DNA of 64,000 nt from Octopus vulgaris (GCA_951406725.2 OX597815.1:88474001-88538000); one strand, 5' to 3'. Positions 25,781 through 38,815 are shown, counted from the stretch's first letter. Notes: generated by a model not told the origin, from the letters alone. Numbers and translations: made by a program.

Positions 25781-27428
25781 AAGTCATAGTGTTAAATATT
25801 TGTTTGATCGTTTTTACTGCCTTGTGAGTTGAGAATTGTTGTGAAGTACGTGAAATTTGTTGAATTCATTGTTGAACTTTGTTATCGCGCGTGTGGTTTG
25901 CTGCTATTTTTCGTGGTCTTAAAGTAGCCGTGTTATGGCGAGTTACACCAAGGCCCCTGCGGCAAAGACGACACCGCAAATGGAAGTGTCAGCAATAACG
26001 GTTAATATGGAGGAGGTGAGGAAGAGTGAGAAACTGATGAAAAAGGAAGGAGACACCATGAAGTTAGTTCCTCTGCAAAAGACAATGAAGGAGGGGAAGA
26101 CGGTGGTGTGCTGCACGCTGGCGGTCGCCACCAATAAAATTGACAAATTGGAGGAAGAGGAAATTGAGGAGTGTTTGGCCGACATAGTAGAAGAAGCAGA
26201 GTTTATTGGCAGAGATAGAAAGTTCGGTATGGTGGAGGTAAGGTTTGCCGCCAAGAAAGAGGCGGCCTCGCATGCCATCAACATCCTGAAGATGAACAAA
26301 GTTGTGTTGTTGCCCTCTTACAAGGGAAGAAGAAGTGTGAGAGTGAGAATCCCAAGAATGCCACCACAAATCAAGGCCGAGTCGTTAGTTGCAGCCGTTT
26401 TGGCGACAACCGAAGACGGCCATGAACTGGGTCAAGTAGGAGTGACAAACAAGAGAAACTGGTGGGGATTCGGGGTCGAAATGTGGCTTTTTGGCACATT
26501 CGAAGACATTGCGCGAATCCCCTACAAGGCTGAGATTGAAGAAGGAAGGCTAGGTGTAGTAGTGGAAGAAAGACGGCCCAATTGCTACATTTGTAGGGCA
26601 CAGGGCCATATGAAGGCTCAGTGCCCCTTGGCGGAATTTACGCTATAAGAGAAAGAGAAAGAAAAGATAAGTGATGGTGAGCGAGTCAGCATCCTAAAGG
26701 AAAGGAACGAAGTGAAAGAGGGGAGTGATGAGTTTATCAGTCCCAGAAGGAAGAAGGCAAGAGCAAGAAAAATGTCTATGGAAACTAAGAAGGAGACAGA
26801 AAGGTGAGGAGGAATTTATATCTAAAAGTGTGCAAGTGGTGGAAGTAGCATAAAATGAAGAAGAATGCAAATATAAGGGAATACTAGTTGTTTATAAAAA
26901 AGAGTATAGAAAAAAAAACTATTGCAAAATGGAAAAGAGTGGTGAGGGTGAAAGTGCCCAGAGAAGACTATGAAACGGATGACATATGGATTATGATACA
27001 TGAAGACAGGTAGACGTGAGTTACTGATACATCTGGAGAAGCGATAAAAGGAATAAAATCAATTTGGTTATGTGACGTCCCGCTGTCTGTGGTGGAATAT
27101 GAAGACATGAATGAGAAAAATTGCAAAATATACAATATTGTGGATTTTTGGGGAAAAAAAGGAAAATAATGTGAACTTTGAATAAGAGAAAAAAACTGTG
27201 ATAAAATAATGTAACCACTCGACTACGGGAGGTCGAGTGGGCATTACGCCTCATTTTCATTCTTTTCATACTATCATTCGTTTCTTTTATTTTTTCTACT
27301 TGTGTCATCTTTTTATTAATTTTTAGTTCCCCAAGTTTATGTTATGTCTCGTTTTGTATTGTCTCTATGTTTTGTACTTGTCGAACACACCTTTTCTGTA
27401 TAGCCTTATTATGGGTAATAAAGAAATA
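25781..27428 (+). mobile_element. Element A: ORF1(gag)-only non-autonomous LINE derivative
   Basis: TG-rich 5' UTR, gag-like ORF, decayed ORF1 C-terminal part, no EN/RT, then a 3' UTR ending GCCTTATTATGGGTAATAAAGAAATA. Confidence 0.8.
25935..26648 (+). CDS. Gag-like ORF1 (RRM-like region plus CCHC zinc knuckle), prematurely stopped
   Basis: CYICRAQGHMKAQC knuckle. FGMVEVRF motif shared with ORF1 of elements B and C. Confidence 0.8.
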   Translation: MASYTKAPAAKTTPQMEVSAITVNMEEVRKSEKLMKKEGDTMKLVPLQKTMKEGKTVVCCTLAVATNKIDKLEEEEIEECLADIVEEAEFIGRDRKFGMVEVRFAAKKEAASHAINILKMNKVVLLPSYKGRRSVRVRIPRMPPQIKAESLVAAVLATTEDGHELGQVGVTNKRNWWGFGVEMWLFGTFEDIARIPYKAEIEEGRLGVVVEERRPNCYICRAQGHMKAQCPLAEFTL

Positions 27429-30400
27429 CATAGTGTTAAATATTTGTTTGATTGATTGTTACTGTTCAAATTGTTGCTAGTGTTATTGAATTGTTGTCGA
27501 AATTGTTGCAGGTATTCAAATTTTGGTTTGTTATTGTGCTGTTGTTGAAATAATTGCGTTCTGCGTTTGGCAGAACTGTTATTCCCATCTGTGAGGGGGT
27601 TGGGAATTATCTTTTTGTCTGGTTAAAAATAAAGAAAAACTATGAATACTTCCTCTAAAGAGGTGGAAAAAGCTTCCTCTAACGGGAAAAAAAATTGTTG
27701 TGAAAAAGAAACCGAAAATGCAAGTATGCCAACGGCAGAACAATTGTTTGAAAAGAAGAAAGTGAATTTCGCAGCTGCGGCTAGAGTTCAAAAAGAAAAC
27801 CTAAAAATTGATACCAATATGCTCATGCAACACCAGAACATGTTCAGTAGGGAGGGTCATAACAAAAGCCACTTTCCCGAAGGAAATAAAAGAAAATACA
27901 GAGAAAAAAATTAGTGTTTAAAAGTCTAATTATAAAAGAGAAAAAACTTAACAAGGCAAACAATGAGGACGTCGAGAAATGTCTCCAAACCATATGGCAA
28001 GACATTGAGTTCGTAATCAGAGGAAGAAAATTCGCAACCATAGTGGTATACTTCAAACGTAAAGAGAAGGCACAAAAACATTCAGTGAACCCCTTAAAAA
28101 CCACAGACATACCGTTGCCAATCTACCCAGGAAGACGTACGTCAAGATTAACAATAGACGAAATACCACCAGAAGTCAATGTTACCTGGTTAATCTCAGC
28201 CCTTTTAATGGGGTTAGAGGAGAAAATAACAATCTTAGAAGCTTCGAAAGTCCACCAGCAAAACTCGAGCTCATAATTCAAGCAGAGCCACATACGTTGG
28301 AAGAGATTGCAGAAAACGTTCACCTGGGAGAGGAAACTACCTTGCGGGTAGAGGGAAGAAGGCCCATGTGCAACGAGTGTGGCGAAAAGGGCCACATTCG
28401 TGCAAACTGCCTTGCTCATAAGGAAGAGACAGTGGAAAAAAGAAAGACGCAGGAGGTCGACCAACAAGCTCCCAGCAAAAAAAAAAAAAATATACAAACA
28501 GCTGGGAACGAAGATGGTTGGTCAACCGTTAAAAGAAAGAAAATTACAAAAACGAAAAACTCCAATCCCATTCCTCCATCACCCACCAAAAACAAGAGAA
28601 AAACCCAGTGCAAATACACACGAGACATAATCTACCCCGCCCAACCACTACTCACCTGAAAAAATATCAATATCCCCTCCTCCCAGCTCTGATACTCCCT
28701 CCCCACCAACACTGATTTTTCACATCGTCAACCCCCGTCTCTTCCAGCCCTGATATCCCATCTCCATACATCGCCTCCTTCCAGCCCAGGAAAATCATCA
28801 CTTCCCTCCAGTCCCGAAAACAATCCCCAAAGCTTGCTATATACTCTATTTCTAGTGGCGATAAACGATAAAAACGAACATTTAACGACAAGATTAAAAA
28901 ACATTCCAACAGCAAAAAAAAAATATATGGAACACTACCAGAAACTTCCAGAAGGAATTTCAATATATGAAATAGACGCAATGAACATTCGCATATTAAA
29001 AGAATTCTTCCCCACAGACATAGGCCTTCTAAGGTTATACTTCAGTAAGTTCATGTATGAGGGCCTGTATGTCAAAACACTCCAGGAGCAAGAGCAAAAG
29101 AGAAGACCGAAAACCAATGATACCAAGGTAGGCAGATGGCTTGCATTCATGTTGGTTATGTAAATGTGCGTAACTTGGTGTCAGGCTAGAAGCAAAGTCG
29201 CTTCCTTAATGACATCAGGCTGCGTAAGCTGGATGTCATTGTTGCTACGAAAACCTGGTTAAGGGGGCCAAGAGATCTCCCGCTATTGGATGGCTACGAG
29301 AGTTTTTTTCTATCCAGGATGTCCTACTGGCGGAAGAGCGGTGTTAGTCCTGTTAAAAAGAAACCGGGTTTCTGAGAAAAAAGTTGATTTTTGTAGATCC
29401 AGAAGTTAAGTTGGTCGTCATGGACTTGACGTTCAGCCGTGGTAAGATCATCAGACTAGTTGCAATTTATGCACCCAACAAAGCTGGGCAAAATGAGTAT
29501 TTTCTGAACCTAGAGAAGTTCCTCGGTATTTCACATTCTCTAGTTGTGACAAGAGACTTGAACACAATCTGCGATGCACGCGTAGATTATGTTGGCTCGC
29601 GCTCTGATAGGAAACGTAATCCTTGCTTCCAGGATCTGCTAAGCCGCTATGAACTAGCAGATCCATATAGGTTGGAATTTCCGAACGCTCCATTGTGGGC
29701 ATGGTCAAGCAGCGACGGATCTTCCTGCAGATAAGAATATAGCTAGGTGTCCACAGTTCTACCCGGTCAGCTACAGTGATCATAAAAGGGTCACCTGTAA
29801 GCTCAACATAGATAAGCTATATAATAGAGTATCTGGCTACTGGAAACTTAATACGTCCCTTTTGGCGAGTAAGGAGTACAGAGACTGGATTAAGTTACTG
29901 ATTTAGGGGTATTAACCGGGTCCATTATTAATAATAAATGGTGGTATGCCCTCAAGCGAGTCATTAAATTCAAGTCTATTAGATATAGCATAGGTTTAGT
30001 GGCTAGTGAGACTAGAAAGGGATTAGCATTAGCTAAGGACTTAGAGGAATCAATGGAAACTGGCTCTGCGGCTCAGGTGACGGCTTAGAGACTGGCGTTA
30101 AACCAGCACCGCGAAGCTCAACACATGGGCTGTATTGTCAGGGCTAGGCTTCGTGCAGTGAGCTGTGAAGGAATCAAGGCTGCAAGATGGGCCCGAATAG
30201 TGGAAGCCCAGCGTGGAAACGGTGGCACAATTCGATTTTTGACAAACCAACGAGGTAAGTTGATAAACGAGCCCGAGGAGATATGTGAAGCATTTCAGGA
30301 GCACTTCGCCCAGCTTTTCAGGGGAAATGGCAGACCTGACAGTAGGAGGGACCTAACGGACTTCCTCGCCGGGCTGCCGCGACTCTCGGGGCAGGACGCG

Positions 30401-31957
30401 GAGTGTTGTGAAGGGCCGATCATGCCCGAGGAGGTAATTGAGACTATGGCAGACTGTGGCACGGGTAGGGCGCCGGCACTGGATGGTCTACCCTATGAGT
30501 TGTATAAGAGTATGCCAGACTTGTTCAGGCACCTGCTGGCGAATGTCTTCGTGAACTGGCAGCATAGTGGGTTTATTCCCAGATCCGTGCGCCGGGGAGT
30601 GGCGACACTTGTCAGAAAGGACCCGAACAAGGAGGACTGCATTGGTAATTTTCGGCCCATCACTCTGCTAAACACACAGTTGAAAATTTTGGCCAAAGTG
30701 TTATCGAAAAGATTGGTGCGTGTCGCGGAGGGTTTGATCGGAGAGGCACAACATGTGCCATTTCCGGCAGAACCATTCAGAATAATCTCCATCTACGGTA
30801 CATTTTAGAGGGGTTTAATAATGATTCTGGCAAGGGAGGGGCAATGGTCCATTTAGACCAATCAAAGGCATATGATAGGGTCGACCATCATTACTTGGTG
30901 TCCGTTCTGGCACAGTTAGGCCTGGGTCTTGGCTTCCTCGGGTGGATCATTAAAATTTGTCCCAGCATCGACTCGGTAGTTCAGGTGAACCGCTTTTTTT
31001 GTGAGCCGTTCAGCATCAAACGCTCGGTACGTCAATGGTGTCCTCTCCGCCCGCTTTTGTACGTGATGGCTCTTGAGCCATTGCTGCGAAAACTGAACGG
31101 CATCTCGAGACAGCCAGGTTGTGGAGAGTCGGTTTCAGCGTACACGGATGACATCACCATCATCGTAACCAAAATGGATCACCTACAGAGGGTAGGCAAG
31201 GCCACTGAGGAATACGAAACGGTGACAGGAGCAAATGTTAATCGTGAAAAGTCAGTCGGCTTGCAGCTCGGCACCTGGAGAGGCAAGTCTATGCCTCCTG
31301 ACAGCGTCGTGGGACGTTGGACGGATGGTCCGATTAAGTTGCTAGGAGTCTGGTTCGGATCAGGCCTCCAAATAGAGAAGAACTGGGCCGAGGTAGCGAG
31401 CAAGGTGGCCCACTTAGCCAAGACCTGGTCTTGGCGGGGGCTATCCCTGAAAGGAGGGCGGAGGTGGCCAATGTGTTCATCGCATCGGTCGTCACCTACC
31501 GCCTAACCGTCGTTCCTTGCTCAGATTCGTGGTTGATCAGGCTGGAAAGACAGCTCTTCCGCTTCTTGTGGAGGAGCTTGAAACCGCTTGTGAGACGCTC
31601 AACCGTTAAAGGGTGGACTAGGGATGCCTTGGTTGATGATGCACAAGCAAGTGCTGAGGTTGAGGTATCTGTGGCTCCATCTGGATGGTGAACGGGTGTG
31701 GTCTCTACTGGTGAAACGGATGTTTCCCAGGTTCACTAGTTTCAGTGGATGGAAAACCTGGTTCTATCGTAGATCGAAGTTGCGTACATGGTTCACAGAG
31801 TGTCGCAAGGCTCTCCTGTTTCCCGTCGCTCGGGCAATGCCTGTGGTAGTGGTTTTACCGCATTCTTCTCTAGAGGGTTGGTAGAGGCGGAATGTGACGA
31901 TACCTCAGGGGAGGCCCTAGGTCTCGATGATAATTAGCTAGCCAGTCTGTTCCAAAG
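27429..31957 (+). mobile_element. Element B: decayed Tx1/L1-like LINE (ORF1 + APE endonuclease + RT), 3' end missing
   Basis: ORF1 pieces 27642-29163 (CNECGEKGHIRANC). APE pieces (IRLVAIYAPN, SDHK, YWKLN). RT pieces (APALDGLPYE, NFRPITLLN, LDQSKAYDRVDH, RQWCPL, AYTDD). Many frameshifts and stops. Confidence 0.92.
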
Positions 31958-32821
31958 TGGGAGAGTGAGCTCTCCGCCAGAGCAGCAGAAAAAGAAGAAA
32001 GAAGAGGTGGAAAAAGGCGGCGACCAGAAGGAAGGAAGACAAAATGGTGGTGGATAAAGAAAGCGAAAAGGAATTTGAAGAAGTATTCGAGGAGGAGTTG
32101 CATAAGGAGGAGACATTGGTGAAGACACCGGTTGTTCCAGTGGAGGAGGAAGAAAATTTAGAAACGCAAGTGGAGAGACTGTTCAGAGTGGAGGGAAAAA
32201 AGGAGAAGGTACCAGGAGCGGAGCAGGAAAAGAGAAAACAAACAAGAAAAAGAAAATTTCGATGGAATTTTGTGACGTACGCGAAAGGCAAAGAAACTGA
32301 AAAGAAAGTATTAAAGTTTAATCATATTATAAGAGTAAAGTTGCCCACAGATGTGTATTCCGAGAATATGAAGGCCATCGTGGTTGACAAGGACACGTAC
32401 AACAGACTAAAAGACATGTGTGGAGAAGGGATTGACCCGCCAGGAGTGATGGTGAAGTTTGGTGAATTGTCACCAGTAGTGGACCTAAAAGATCTAGAAC
32501 CTTTCGTGAGATATTAAAAAAGAAAAAAAGGTAAAATTGTTTTATTGTAGAAAGAAGAAGTAAAATTGCTTCATTTTATAAAAAGAGGAAAAAACGACGA
32601 TTAAGAAAAAAACAATAAGAAAACAGAAAGATTGTAAATAGTTTATATAAACGTTCAAATGGTACTGCATGGGAGTGGGGCCGATGCAGCCATTTCATTT
32701 TTCATTTTTATATAACATCTCATTTTCATTCGTTTTTATGTTTTTTGTCCCCACTGTGGTGTTGTGTCTGTCTTTGTAGTGTCCCCTCTGTGTTGTGGCC
32801 GTAGTGCCAAAATAAAGAAAC
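31958..32821 (+). mobile_element. Element D: 3' half of a second ORF1-only element
   Basis: ORF 32044-32517 (acidic linker then VTYAKGKETEKKV..IIRVKLPTDVY) resembles the decayed ORF1 C-terminus of element A (LVVYKK..RVVRVKVPREDY). It is followed directly by a 3' UTR and the shared tail. Confidence 0.7.
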
Positions 32822-34458
32822 AGAGAGTAAGATGAAGTTGTTTGATGACTAATATGATAGAAAGAATAGGAACAGAAAGTCAAGCTAGCCTGTGTTTCTG
32901 AGTTCCAGTTTTTTTTTTTATCCATAGTGAGATTTAAGCTTTCATTTCCATGGGCCTGAAAGAATCAGGCACAAAGAGGAGCTGGATTAGATGCTTACAA
33001 ATCTAAAATACAGTGAAATCCAAAGAATGAGGTATGCTATGTGGCCTTGACGAGATGAAATATTTAATGTTATAGTAGAGCGCTTTATCAAAAATATAGA
33101 TCCTTGTTGACGCAAACGATTTTAGTTTCCTTGGATTCTAGCGAATCCGTCACAAATTTGTAGAGAAGGATGCAATTCATTTAATTGATCTCATATAATA
33201 CTGATACTTATTTCATAGATCTAAGGGGTATGAAAGGCAAAATAAGCTAAGCATAATTTGAACATTTGAACAAAATAGCACACATAAAAAAAACAAAAAC
33301 CAAAAGCAAACTAGATACTATAATAATGATTTCTGTTGAAGCTGATTGCTTTTCACAAGGGGAAGAAAGGGAGATTGTTTGACATTTATAGTTTAACTTA
33401 AATATAGAGACTATCATTAACAATTATTTTTCTCAAATATTTGTGCAATTTCAACGTAGGATTGATTCTTCAGTGAATAGGTTTCCTTTTCTCCATCCTT
33501 CCTGCCTTCCTTCTTGCCTGTATATCTACTTAAGGAGATTACAATTAATTGAAATCGCATTTTAATTAATTCAAATGTTTACATTAAAAAAATCATCTGA
33601 ACAAAGATATTAAAAATTAATACTTACAACAGTCTTGGTATTGATCTGTCAAATCAACCCCACCCATGAAAAGCCGTTTAGTATCAGTTTGTTCCGGACG
33701 ATAAATCAATAAATAGCCAAATGAAAACGATAAAAGTAATAATACAAGAGAGACATCAGGTTATCAGATTCAGGTTAACAAAGACCAATCAAGTGCGACT
33801 TAATAATCATATAATAATTGTTAACATAATGGTTTCTTCTGACTAGACAGAAAACCTCTTTTTGTAAAGGGGGAGGCATTATCGCTTGAATCTACTCCGA
33901 TATGATACTGGTGTTTATTTTATCAACTTCAAAGTCGAAACTCACTAGCTCACCAACTTCTGCGCTATCACCCACATCACTCTAAATGATTTCTGGCATA
34001 AACACAATACTTGAAATTTATTGGGTATGAAGAAATTATAAGATTTGATGTTCGTTTTTTAAAAAACCAATGGCATTAGTAGTGTAAATGAAATAAAATA
34101 TCTCAGTATCTCCAACTATCGAAACTAGTTAGGGGTTAAGTTCATTGGAAAGTTATCTCTCGGTCGTTAGCGAGTTCGCTTTTCACTGCTAACAATGATT
34201 TTCTCACATAGGGACAAGTTAACTGAAAGGAAATCAGGTAAGCGATACAATAATGTGCCATTCGCGACTTTCTCATCTCAAGTCGTTTGCTTAACAAAAA
34301 TGTCTTCAGTCGGATACACTGTTTTTTGTTTTACAGTCATCTATGGTGAATAAATAAATGCCAGACTTGTATAAAGATATCTGACTAATATTACCACAAC
34401 CCAAGTTTAGATTTAAGGTCTTGCACTATCGTAAGAAATCAGGAATATGCCTATTTAC

Positions 34459-34562
34459 CTTCTTAGGAAACTCGTTGTATTGGATCTGCGGAACTCCAGG
34501 GCAATTTTTCTCTTTAGCTAAAGAGTCTTCTGCTGGTTTCTCAAACGGTGATACAATGTTTT
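34459..34562 (-). CDS. Candidate short upstream exon (ENIVSPFEKPAEDSLAKEKNCPGVPQIQYNEFPKK)
   Basis: Open frame between a possible acceptor (tactattag|) and donor (AAG|gtaaat). Its phase does not join directly to the 23476 acceptor. Confidence 0.3.
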
Positions 34563-35252
34563 CTAATAGTACCATAAATAGGTTTATCAAAATAATCAGA
34601 AATTTTACATTGGTACAACATCTAATTTCACACACACATACACACGCATACGCACACACACATTAGTATAACAATAAATGTATAACCAGACCTATTTATA
34701 CTTTTGTCCTATTATAACTACATCAGATCGACCGATACTTCGCTTATAGCCGATTATTTTTCAGTTGGACTACACTTTCCCACTAAATGACAGGGTTTAG
34801 GCACTGATTCTACCTGAGCGGTCGCTGTATGTAACTATGTCCACCACTATATTATTACGTTCCATTTTTATATATGGAACGTATATAAACGGTAACGAGC
34901 GACAATTCTGTAAATAATAATAATAATATAAGTTTTAAGGCTTATAAGCGATCACCGTGTATTGACTAAAGGAAATAGTCTAATATTGAGGCATATAAGC
35001 CCCCGACGAAGCATATATATGTGTGTGTGTCCAGGAAAACCTCCTATACTTTATATGCCTTTTGAAGTTAGGTAGGTGATACTGGAGTCTTTATGTAGCT
35101 AATGTTTTCCTTTTTATTTACCATAATTGTTTGGATCGATGTTTATCGTATGTTTGCTATTGAAACGGTTATAAAAAAATGGTAAATTAGATTTTTGAGC
35201 CGCACCCTGCATATCTGTCAAATACACGTCAGATTATTGTAACCAATAAATA

Positions 35253-38200
35253 GGCGCAGGCGTGGATGTGTCGCAAGAAGCTTGCTTCAGGTCATTGTTG
35301 TTTTTGATCCATAAGGAATTTTTATCGTTTTATATTGAACTTGTTACTGTTGGACTTATTGTATTTTTGGATTGTTATTTTTGCTGAACTTTGTGCTGTT
35401 GCCCTGTGTACAGGTGATAGAAATTGTTATTTCGTTTTGTAGCCATTGTGGCAATTTTTAAACAAAATATTAAAAAAAAAAAAAAAATTGGACTTGTTAG
35501 ACTGTATTTTTGTGCACCGCTCCTTGCGGGGGCAGGATTTGAACTATTGTCAAAACATTTATAAACTGTCTTTTTTCCGAAAAATATTATAGGTTTTCCT
35601 TGTGGAAAACCGATTTTTGGTATATTTTCTTGTGTAATTAATTATTCATGAAAAATGCACATTCAAAGAGAGTAATGCTTACCCTGTTAGAAAATTTTCG
35701 GCAGTTGCCGCTGTGGCAACCGAAAACAATGATTTTCCTGTAAAGAAGCTACAGGAATATTTCAAGAGAATGAAAGAGGAGGATGGGGATATAAAAATAT
35801 CACCCTCCTCTATGATGGTTGAGACGGCCCGAAAAACAATAATATTTAAATCGTTCTGTCCAAGAAACAAACGATTTAAACATTTCTAAAAAGAGAAAAT
35901 TGGAAAATGTCATGCCCCGATATGGAAGGAGGTAGCGTATATTGCGAGGGGCAAGATGTATGGCATCGTTGAGGTGCGGTTCGCGTCTGAGGAGAAGGCC
36001 CGCGGGTACTCTGTGAGCCCCCTGAAAACAGAAGATGTGGTGCTTCTGTCAACCTACATGGGAAGAAGGATTTCTCGTGTAAAGGTGACAGAAGTGCCAC
36101 TAGAAGTAGACCCTAGAGAGGTGATGGCCGCCCTGTTGTTTAACAGGGCTGCTCTGCAGAATTGGCTCGGGCAGAGCATCATTCAGGGGGCCCAGGAAGA
36201 CATTGAAATGCTTCCAAACCGAGTACTCGTGGATGTGAATATTGCATTGAGAATCTCTGTCGAAGGGAAAAAACCCACCTGATTCGAATGTGGCAAAAAG
36301 GGCCACATTCGGGCAGATTGTGATTTAAAAAAAGGAAAAAAAACGCAGACACTAGGCCCTTCAAACACAAAAAATACCCCCGCTCCCACACATGCACCAA
36401 CTCCCACAAAGACAAAAGCTCCCACTTGCTGCGGTGCCAATACCCAAACAGGACATTGGAAATAAAAAAATAGCAACCCCTACACACACAAGCTCCTACA
36501 GAAATAAAAATATCCACTCCCCTGAAACCTGAGGCACCTGAAAACAGAAATGCAACTCCCCCAGATGATACCATGGGGGTAAAACAGACACAGCACCACA
36601 GAAATTTTAAAAAAGACCCCGCCCAGCTGTCCCCACAGAGAAAAAATACCAGTGGAATATGGAATATGATACTAAGCACGATTATACCCGTCGTATCCTA
36701 GTGACACACCATCTCACCACCAAACTTTATCCTGTACATAAGCATTTGAATAAACAATGTTCCTGGATAGGGGAAACCCTATACAGGCAACTGAAGGACA
36801 GGAATCCAACAGCCATATGGAGGATTGTGGACCTGCCCAGCTATCTAAAGAAAGAGGAGAAGGAAGTGGTCACTTCAGGTATGATGAAATCGGCTCCAAC
36901 CTCTCCAGTAAAGGATAAGTAGGACCTTTGCTTTTTATATAATGACCTTATTTAACCTTGGTTGTTTGAATGTGCGTGGTCTGAGTTCGAAGTGAAAGCA
37001 GGCTTGTTTCCTCGACGACCTCAGATCACACGATATACATGTGATGGTTGCCACAGGGACCAAGTTGGACAGTCTACAAACCTTCTCGCGTCTCCTGAAT
37101 GGCTGAGAAAATCATGATTAGTGGCGACGGAGGTGATCGAGGTGCTGGGCGTCAGGGGTGTCCCCTGTCCCCGCTTCTGTATGTGTTGGCTCTTGAGCTA
37201 TTGCTGCGGAAGTTGGAGGTACTAGGGGGCGCACCGAATGATCTGTGGTGTGGAAGAGGAGCTACGGCGTATGCGGATGACATCTCCATCATCGTGGCGG
37301 ATGAGGGCCAGGTTCCAATGGTGGAAGAGGCCATCAAAAGTTACGAGGCAGTGGCAGGAGCAAAGGTTAACAAGGACAAGTCAGTTGGTTTGCAACTCGG
37401 CACCTGGAGGGGCAAGCCGATGAGGTCCAATAACGTCGTCGGGCCTTGGATGGAAGGTCCTGTTAAGCTGCTCGGAGTCTGGTTTGGTCCGGACCTCCAG
37501 AAAGAGAAACATTGGAGTGAGTTAACCAGTAGGATGACTGCTCTAACCCAGACCTGGTCTGGGCGGGCGTTATCCTTGCTAGTGAAGGCAGAGGTGGTGC
37601 AGATGTTTATAGCATCAGTGGAAGGGAGGAAAGTCGCTTGTGAAGCGTTCTGTCTGCTGCCTGAAACTGCTAAAGGGTGGGTTAAGGATGCCTTGGCTGA
37701 AGATGCGAAAACTCGCGTTAAGGTTGAGGCACCTCTGGCTTTACCTGGATGGGGAGCAGTTGTGGTTGCCGCACGTCCGGTTCTACCTTCTGCGTTTAAC
37801 GTTCTTAACGAACATTGGAGCATGGATCAAACAGAGACCTAGAATGGGAGACTGACACTCCAGCTACTCTCTCGGGCGGGCAATGCCGGCAGCAGGAGTA
37901 CCACCACGGATTTTGATAGTGGGTTAGTGAGATTTATGTCAAAAGACGCCTTGGGGGAGACCCTGGGCTACGATGAAAAATCAGTTGATCAACATGTTCA
38001 GGAGAACGTTCGGGCCGGGGTATCTGGATAATTACCAGAAATCCCTGACAGTGCTTCTGTGCGGCGTTACTTGTTCGAGACAAACTGTCAAGTGCGGGCA
38101 GGACAGGGAAACCGTCTTGCACGCATTTGTGGAGTGTCCGGAATTGAAGGGACTGATTGTGCCACCTTCCTCCCTTATCAGGGAAAGGAAGGCTTGTTTT

Positions 38201-38815
38201 TTTCTGCGTAGTAGCCATACCGAAAGAAACAGTATGGAAGACGCGTGTAAGAGGGATAGTGACAGGTACCTCCGTCTCCGGCCAGGGGTTGGGAAACTTT
38301 TTTTATTTTACCCCATCATAAGTAAGATCAGGCTGGAGAAGAGGTGCCTGTCGTTGAGTACATTTGTAAAAAGATGGAAACTTGTAGCAAGCAAGTTGAG
38401 AGTGACCGGAACCAGGTAAGTGGGGTCAGTAGTAGAAAGCAAAGGTTCTTCCCAGATGGTTAGATTCCTTTCTTTCCGAGGCAAATTGTTGCTTTTTGCA
38501 ACAATATTTATGTAAATAAATTTTAAAATTACATCTGTAATCATATCATTCATACGAACGTTAATTTTTAACTAATAAGCAGCTTCTCCACCCTTTGTGT
38601 TTGTCTGTCCTTGTTCGTCCCATCTGTGTACTGCCTTTATGGAAATTTCATGAAATAAAGAAGCTTGCTTCCCAGCCACATGGTTCCAGCTTCTATCCCA
38701 CTGTGCGACACTTTGGCCAAATGTCTTCTACTACAGCCTCGGGCAGACCAATGTCTTGAAAGTGGATTTGGTAGACGGAAACTTGAAGCAGCCCGTCGTA
38801 TATATATATATATAA

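Larger units (their letters stand above)
25711..32821 (+). mobile_element. 7.1 kb composite of Tx1/L1-like non-LTR elements (A + B + D)
   Basis: Perfect 17-bp TSD agagagtaagatgaagt at 25694-25710 and 32822-32838; ends in AATAAAGAAAC. Confidence 0.88.
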
